This document shows, in pieces, positions 58,883-64,000 of a stretch of 64,000 bases of DNA (the first letter of the stretch is position 1; every line of letters begins with the position of its first letter). A model generated the notes under the pieces. That model had not been told where the DNA came from and ran no database searches. It saw only the letters and a list, made by a program, of their open reading frames with translations. This DNA comes from an uncultured Alphaproteobacteria bacterium (lineage in GTDB: Bacteria; Pseudomonadota; Alphaproteobacteria; Methylaequorales; Methylaequoraceae). The DNA lies in the NCBI GenBank assembly GCA_902569095.1, contig CACFSX010000003.1, forward strand, positions 9,533 to 73,532, written 5' to 3'. The position numbers and the translations under genes were made by a program.

Positions 58883-59836
58883 ATGAATAGAAAAATAAGT
58901 GGAAAAAAAGTAGTAGTTTTTGGTGGTAAAGGATTCGTAGGTTCTCACCTAGTAAATCTTTTATGCAAGAACGCATGTCAAGTTGATATTATCACAAGGA
59001 GTGAAAATAAAAAGCTTGACTTTTTTTTAGGTAGTGAACCAGGACAAGTCAGTGTGAAAAAGATAGAAGATTTTTCTGAAAACAATTTAGATAATTTAGT
59101 TAAAGATGCAGATATAGTTTATAACTTGATTGGAATCCTTTATGAAACAAAGAGAAATAATTTTAATGATGTACACGTTAATATTCCACGAGAGATAGCA
59201 AGTGCCGCAAAAAAAAATGGTGTGAGAAATTTTATTCATCTTTCTGCTTTAAATATTGAAAAATCAAATAGATCTTTGTATTCAAATTCAAAACTTTTAG
59301 GTGAGAAAGTTGTAAAAGAAAAATTTCCAAATTGCGTTATTCTAAGACCAAGTGTAGTTTTTGGGAAAAGAGATAGTTTTACAAACTTCTTTCTAAGAAT
59401 GTCTACTTTCAGTCCTTTCTTACCCCTTATTGGCACACCTGAAATAAAAAAAAAGGGATTGATTCCAATTTTAAACTTTAATAAAAAAGTAAGATTTCAG
59501 CCTATCTATGTTGGTGACCTTGTTTCTTTTATGATAAATACTTGTTTGCTGAAAAAAAAAATTTTTGATCTTTCAGGCCCAACAATTCAATCTTTCGATG
59601 ATATATTCGATATAATTCTCTCAGTAAAAAAAAGAAAAAGACTTTATTTGCCTATACCCTTTTTTTTAGCAAGAATTTTAGCCTTATTTATGGAAGCAAT
59701 TCCCAACCCACCACTTACACGAGATCAAGTAAGACTATTAGAGTACGATAATATATCAGCAAAAGGATTCGAAAATTTAAAACAATTTGTTAGAAACCCC
59801 TCTTCATTAAAGACAATCGCAGAAACTTATCTTTGA
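58883..59836 (+). CDS. Complex I NDUFA9-family atypical SDR
   Basis: VFGGKGFVG, GSEPGQV, NLIGILYE, RPSVVFG, FQPIYVGD, LTRDQV. Confidence 0.88.
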   Translation: MNRKISGKKVVVFGGKGFVGSHLVNLLCKNACQVDIITRSENKKLDFFLGSEPGQVSVKKIEDFSENNLDNLVKDADIVYNLIGILYETKRNNFNDVHVNIPREIASAAKKNGVRNFIHLSALNIEKSNRSLYSNSKLLGEKVVKEKFPNCVILRPSVVFGKRDSFTNFFLRMSTFSPFLPLIGTPEIKKKGLIPILNFNKKVRFQPIYVGDLVSFMINTCLLKKKIFDLSGPTIQSFDDIFDIILSVKKRKRLYLPIPFFLARILALFMEAIPNPPLTRDQVRLLEYDNISAKGFENLKQFVRNPSSLKTIAETYL

Positions 59837-59840
59837 GAAT

Positions 59841-60650
59841 TCAAATTAGGGTTAATAAAATCCATAAACCAAAAATAACTCTATAAATCACAAAAATAAA
59901 TAATGAAAATCTTCTGACCCACATCACTAGAAAAAATATAAAAAAAAGTGAAAAGATAAAACTCAGAAAAAAAATTATTAAACTGTAAAAATTTATTAAT
60001 ACATCTAAAGAGTTACTAAGTGATACATTGGAAATCATAAAAACCGTTGCTCCAATGATCACTGGAATACTTAAAAGATTTGAGTATTCAACTGAAAACT
60101 GTCGTTGGAAACCAAAGAATCTCATTACAGTTAAAACCGCACCTGATCTACTTACTCCAGGTATAAGTGCTGCGCACTGAAAGATACCAATAAAAAATGA
60201 CATCAAATAATTCAGTGAATAATGATTTTTTATTCTCAAACAAAATTTGTCTACTAAAAATAAGATTATTCCAAAAACAATACTCGATATTGCTATGGTG
60301 AGTAAAATTTTATCCCCACTGTAATCCAAATATTTAGAAATTGCGTAACCAGCTGCAATAATTGGAATTGTTGAAATTATTAGATTTACTAAAATAAATG
60401 AGTTTTTGTCAATATCTGGTCTATCAATCATTTTAATTGAAAATAAAAGATTAATTAGAGTTCTTCGATAATAAGTTATTATAGCTAAAAGTGATCCAAA
60501 ATGTGCAATAATTGTTGCTTGGTGGATGGTTACACCTGAATAATAATCGATAGGATGAACTGAATTAAAAATAATTAGGTGTCCCTGAGAGCTAATGGGT
60601 AGAAATTCTGTGAAACCTTGAATAAGACAAAAAAATAAAAGAGCAACCAA
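59841..60650 (-). CDS. uppP: Undecaprenyl-diphosphate phosphatase
   Basis: QGFTEFLPISSQGH, ALIPGVSRSG. Confidence 0.94.
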   Translation of the reverse strand: MVALLFFCLIQGFTEFLPISSQGHLIIFNSVHPIDYYSGVTIHQATIIAHFGSLLAIITYYRRTLINLLFSIKMIDRPDIDKNSFILVNLIISTIPIIAAGYAISKYLDYSGDKILLTIAISSIVFGIILFLVDKFCLRIKNHYSLNYLMSFFIGIFQCAALIPGVSRSGAVLTVMRFFGFQRQFSVEYSNLLSIPVIIGATVFMISNVSLSNSLDVLINFYSLIIFFLSFIFSLFFIFFLVMWVRRFSLFIFVIYRVIFGLWILLTLI

Positions 60651-60743
60651 GCTTTTAAATACCTCTAAATTTAATAATAATACTATAAAATAAAATTAAA
60701 ATGATTTATTATAAAAATATATAAACATGTACAAATTCATATA

Positions 60744-61637
60744 ATGAATATAAAAAATTTTGATCTTAATCTACTTCTAGTTTTTAAAACTCTCTTTGAA
60801 GAGAAAAATGTTACCAGAGCAAGTAAAAAAATGGGAATAACTCAACCCGCTATGAGTAATGCACTAAATAGATTAAGATATCTTGTGAAAGATGATCTTT
60901 TTATCAGGGGGCCAAGAGGCATGAGACCTACTCAAAGAGCTATTGATCTCTCTCTCCCTATACAGAGTGCGTTGAATAATTTAGAGCTGTCGTTATCATC
61001 CATAAACTTTAATCCTCAGACAACAAAAAAGCTTTTTAGGATTTCTATGTCAGATGATGTCGCTCCAATAATACTTCCAAATTTAGTAAATTTTATTGAA
61101 AAAAATTCGCCTTCCTCATCGTTGTGCGTTAGATCAGAACAAGGAAATGAAGCTCTGAAGCTTCTAGATAATAATGAAATTGATTTTGCGGTCGGTCGTT
61201 TTGAAATAATAAATAATAGATTTGGTTATTCTGATCTATTTACGGAAAAGTATGTTTGTATTTTAAGAAAGTCTCACCCATTAGCACTCGAAAATAAATT
61301 ATCTATAGATCAATATCTTTCAGCAAAACATTTGCGAGTTGCGCCAATGGACGCTCCTATTCATCCCATAGACCGAGAACTGTCTCAATTGAACTTCGAA
61401 AGAGAGATATCTGTAAGAATAGATCTGATTACTCTTGCGCCTGTCATAATTAGTAAAACAGATTTGATTTTAACCCTGCCATCTAGAACAGCTCAAAGAA
61501 TGGCTAAAAATTATGATTTCATTATAAATGAACTCCCTCTTGATCTTGAAAAAAGAAAAACAAAAATGGTCTGGCATAAAGAACTCACAAATCATCCAAC
61601 ATTTGATTGGATTAAAAATCAGATTCTAACTATATGA
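60744..61637 (+). CDS. LysR family transcriptional regulator (NodD/NahR-like)
   Basis: FDLNLLLVF...NVTRAS...TQPAMSNALNRLR...LFIR. Confidence 0.93.
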   Translation: MNIKNFDLNLLLVFKTLFEEKNVTRASKKMGITQPAMSNALNRLRYLVKDDLFIRGPRGMRPTQRAIDLSLPIQSALNNLELSLSSINFNPQTTKKLFRISMSDDVAPIILPNLVNFIEKNSPSSSLCVRSEQGNEALKLLDNNEIDFAVGRFEIINNRFGYSDLFTEKYVCILRKSHPLALENKLSIDQYLSAKHLRVAPMDAPIHPIDRELSQLNFEREISVRIDLITLAPVIISKTDLILTLPSRTAQRMAKNYDFIINELPLDLEKRKTKMVWHKELTNHPTFDWIKNQILTI

Positions 61638-61638
61638 T

Positions 61639-62532
61639 ATGAAATTAATTTTTTTTGGAGCAGGGTATTGTTCAAAATTCATTCTAGAGAGTTTAGAGGG
61701 TTTTGAAGAAATTATTTGTACGCACAATATAGAATTAACTCCACAAACTTTTGATTCGAGGCTAAAAATAAAAAGAATGACTTTTTTAGAATTTTTGAAA
61801 AATCAGAATTTCTTTTTTTCTGGAGTTACACATTTATTAAATTCTATTCCACCTATTAATAATGGAGATTTGGTATTTGACTTGCTTAGGAAAACAGAAA
61901 ATAAATATTTTAATAAATTAAAATGGCTTGGATATCTCTCTTCAACGAGTGTATACGGAAATTATTTAGGTAAATGGGTGGACGAGCATTCTAAAACTAA
62001 CCCTACTACTACAAGAGGAATAATAAGAAAAAAGGTCGAAGACTCATATTGTAAATTATACAAAGAAGATAATCTTCCCGTGCATATTTTTAGATTACCT
62101 GGAATATATGGACCAGGTAGATCTGTGATTGAAAAATTATTGAATGGTAAAAATCTTGTAATTAGAAAACCTAATCAATTCTTTTCTAGAATTTATGCAG
62201 AGGATATTTCCTCTGCAATAATTAAAAGCATGAAAAATCCAACACCTGGAGAAATTTTTAATGTAACAGATGACAATCCGTCTTCATCAGAGGAAACAAC
62301 TATATACGCCGCAAAATTACTTAAAATTAAAGATTTGACATTCGTAGATATTAATTCACCAAAAGTTAACAAAATTACAAAAGATTTTTATAAAGATAAT
62401 AAAAGAGTATCTAATAAAAAAATAAAAAAAATATTAGGTTGGACACCTAAATTTGAAAGCTATAAATTAGGCTTAAAAGAAATTTTAAATAAAATAAATG
62501 GCAAAAATACTCCAAATAATTCCCTCTCTTGA
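61639..62532 (+). CDS. NAD-dependent epimerase/dehydratase (atypical SDR)
   Basis: FGAGY, YLSSTSVYG, FRLPGIYGPGRS, FSRIY, NKRVSN. Confidence 0.88.
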   Translation: MKLIFFGAGYCSKFILESLEGFEEIICTHNIELTPQTFDSRLKIKRMTFLEFLKNQNFFFSGVTHLLNSIPPINNGDLVFDLLRKTENKYFNKLKWLGYLSSTSVYGNYLGKWVDEHSKTNPTTTRGIIRKKVEDSYCKLYKEDNLPVHIFRLPGIYGPGRSVIEKLLNGKNLVIRKPNQFFSRIYAEDISSAIIKSMKNPTPGEIFNVTDDNPSSSEETTIYAAKLLKIKDLTFVDINSPKVNKITKDFYKDNKRVSNKKIKKILGWTPKFESYKLGLKEILNKINGKNTPNNSLS

Positions 62533-63664
62533 CCAAATAAATGGAGGAGTTGAAAGAGGAACACTTGACATTGCCAAGGAATTAATAAAAGTTGGATTTC
62601 AATCGTCTTTACTCTCCTCGGGCGGTGAGATGGCTGAAAAATACAAATACCGAGGAGTAGAACATCACGAACTTAATATAAAAAAAAAGGGATTACTGAA
62701 TTACATAATATTAAAAAAAAAGATAAAAAAAATATTTAACGAAACCAAACCAGATATTGTTCATATTAGAAGTCGTTGGCCGGCTTTTTGTTTTAATAAA
62801 ATTGTTAAGCAATTGAGAATTCCTCTTGTCACCACTTATCATGGAACATATTCAGGGTCTAATTTCTTTCTAAAAAAAAAATACAATAGTGTTATGACAG
62901 AAGGAGATAAAGTTATAACTATATCAAAATTTATTGATGATCATGTTAGATTCCACTTTCCGTCGATCAAGTCAAAACTTATTCAAATCAATAGGGGCAT
63001 TGATACAGAATATTTTAACTTAAATTCTGTGACAGAACAAAGAAAAGAGAATTTATTATCAAAGCTAACTTTATCAGAAAATGTTCATGTAATTTTACTG
63101 CCTGCAAGAATAACTTCGTGGAAAGGTCACTTAATTGCCGTGGAAGCTGCCAAACTAATTAGACAGAAAAAACCAGAACTAAACTTTGTTATTTTATTTG
63201 TAGGGAGTGAAGATGGTAAAAAGAAATTTTTAAAAATCTTGAAAAGAAAAATAAAAAAAAATGATCTAGAAAATAAATTCATCTTTTGTGGAAATTTAAA
63301 TGATATGCCTGCTGTATATTCCATCGCTGATATTGTTTTATCTACCTCTACAGAGCCGGAAGCTTTTGGAAGGATAAGTGCAGAGGCATCCTCTATGACA
63401 AAGCCAATTATTTCTTCAAACCATGGGGGTTCAAGAGAAATTATTGAAAATAGTATAACTGGTTGGTTAGTTGAGCCTTCAAATCCAGAGAAACTCTCTG
63501 AGAAAATTTTGGATGTTCTTAATCTTTCTCAGGAACAAAAAGATTCGATTGGACTTTCTGCAAGAAGAAGGGTTGAAGAAAAATTTAGTTTGAATGATAT
63601 GCTAAAAAAAACTCTAAAAGTTTATGAAGAATTGCTCTCTACAAAAAAAAATTTTAATAATTAA
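62498..63664 (+). CDS. Glycosyltransferase family 4
   Basis: GGVERGT, HIRSRWPA, TTYHG, WKGH, PEAFGRISAEA. Confidence 0.92.
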   Translation: MAKILQIIPSLDQINGGVERGTLDIAKELIKVGFQSSLLSSGGEMAEKYKYRGVEHHELNIKKKGLLNYIILKKKIKKIFNETKPDIVHIRSRWPAFCFNKIVKQLRIPLVTTYHGTYSGSNFFLKKKYNSVMTEGDKVITISKFIDDHVRFHFPSIKSKLIQINRGIDTEYFNLNSVTEQRKENLLSKLTLSENVHVILLPARITSWKGHLIAVEAAKLIRQKKPELNFVILFVGSEDGKKKFLKILKRKIKKNDLENKFIFCGNLNDMPAVYSIADIVLSTSTEPEAFGRISAEASSMTKPIISSNHGGSREIIENSITGWLVEPSNPEKLSEKILDVLNLSQEQKDSIGLSARRRVEEKFSLNDMLKKTLKVYEELLSTKKNFNN

Positions 63665-64000
63665 GTTTGGTGGACTAGGAGACGTTATCCTCTCACTAAA
63701 TGCAATTTACTCAATATTCAATCATCATAAAAAATGTAAAATGATTCTTTTAACAGAAGAACCTTATGACAAATTGATGCATAATTCGAATTGGTTTGAA
63801 AAAATTTTTACAATTAGAAGGGGTTTTTTTTATTTCCTTGATCTTTTACGCATAAAAAATGAGATTGACCCAAATGAATTTGATTTCGTATACGACCTTC
63901 AAACGTCCAAAAGATCATCTTCATATTTGAAAATTTTTTTGAAAACAAAGGCAATTACTAATGGTATTGGCAAATATGCGAAAATTCCTCATTTGAAAAA
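63624..64000 (+). CDS. Glycosyltransferase family 9 (heptosyltransferase-like), runs off window
   Basis: Not in ORF track. MKNCSLQKKILIIKFGGLGDVILSL...VYDLQTSKRS matches the GT9 N-terminus. Confidence 0.85.
   Translation, partial: MKNCSLQKKILIIKFGGLGDVILSLNAIYSIFNHHKKCKMILLTEEPYDKLMHNSNWFEKIFTIRRGFFYFLDLLRIKNEIDPNEFDFVYDLQTSKRSSSYLKIFLKTKAITNGIGKYAKIPHLK

Noticed and set aside
60651..60743. LysR T-N11-A or CtrA boxes in the uppP/LysR spacer
   Set aside because: The sequence is too AT-rich for such degenerate motifs to be meaningful.

Overview
This is a very AT-rich, extremely compact core-genome segment of a streamlined Alphaproteobacterium. The gene order is Rhodospirillales-like; a free-living marine oligotroph lifestyle is an inference. 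The window holds about 70 CDS and 2 tRNAs, with no mobile element, prophage or CRISPR array seen. Main blocks: ubiE-coaBC-dut-Rrf2-cysK-moeB; mutM; rpsT-rhodanese-dnaA-dnaN-recF-gyrB-PBP1A; a more variable 14-27 kb region (cbiX, a degenerate tetrapyrrole methylase, ankyrin, UXS-hldE-CbbY-like, CobC-like, tRNA-Arg, POT transporter, small ORFs); polA; hprK-rapZ-EIIA(Man)-[HPr::EI fusion]-ahcY; tsaE-amgK-murU-ExoI-trxA; aroA-cmk-rpsA-sppA-ihfB-lapA-pyrF-trpFBA-accD-folC; tRNA-Ala; Hsp20; rnd-kdsD-lptCAB-hpf-ptsN; LPS glycosyltransferases. The most notable observations are: an HPr-Enzyme I fusion; exonuclease I in the position normally held by addAB; a CbbY-like phosphatase coupled to hldE (possible GmhB substitute); an intergenic hairpin displaying an anti-Shine-Dalgarno loop next to a palindromic operator; a lapA gene frameshifted in an A13 tract; tRNA-Arg with a UCG anticodon; divergent ubiE/mutM genes sharing one CATG; and clean absence of rpoN and ubiB from their usual operons. 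I found no clear-cut novel multi-gene system. All functional calls come from motif recognition by eye, not database searches.
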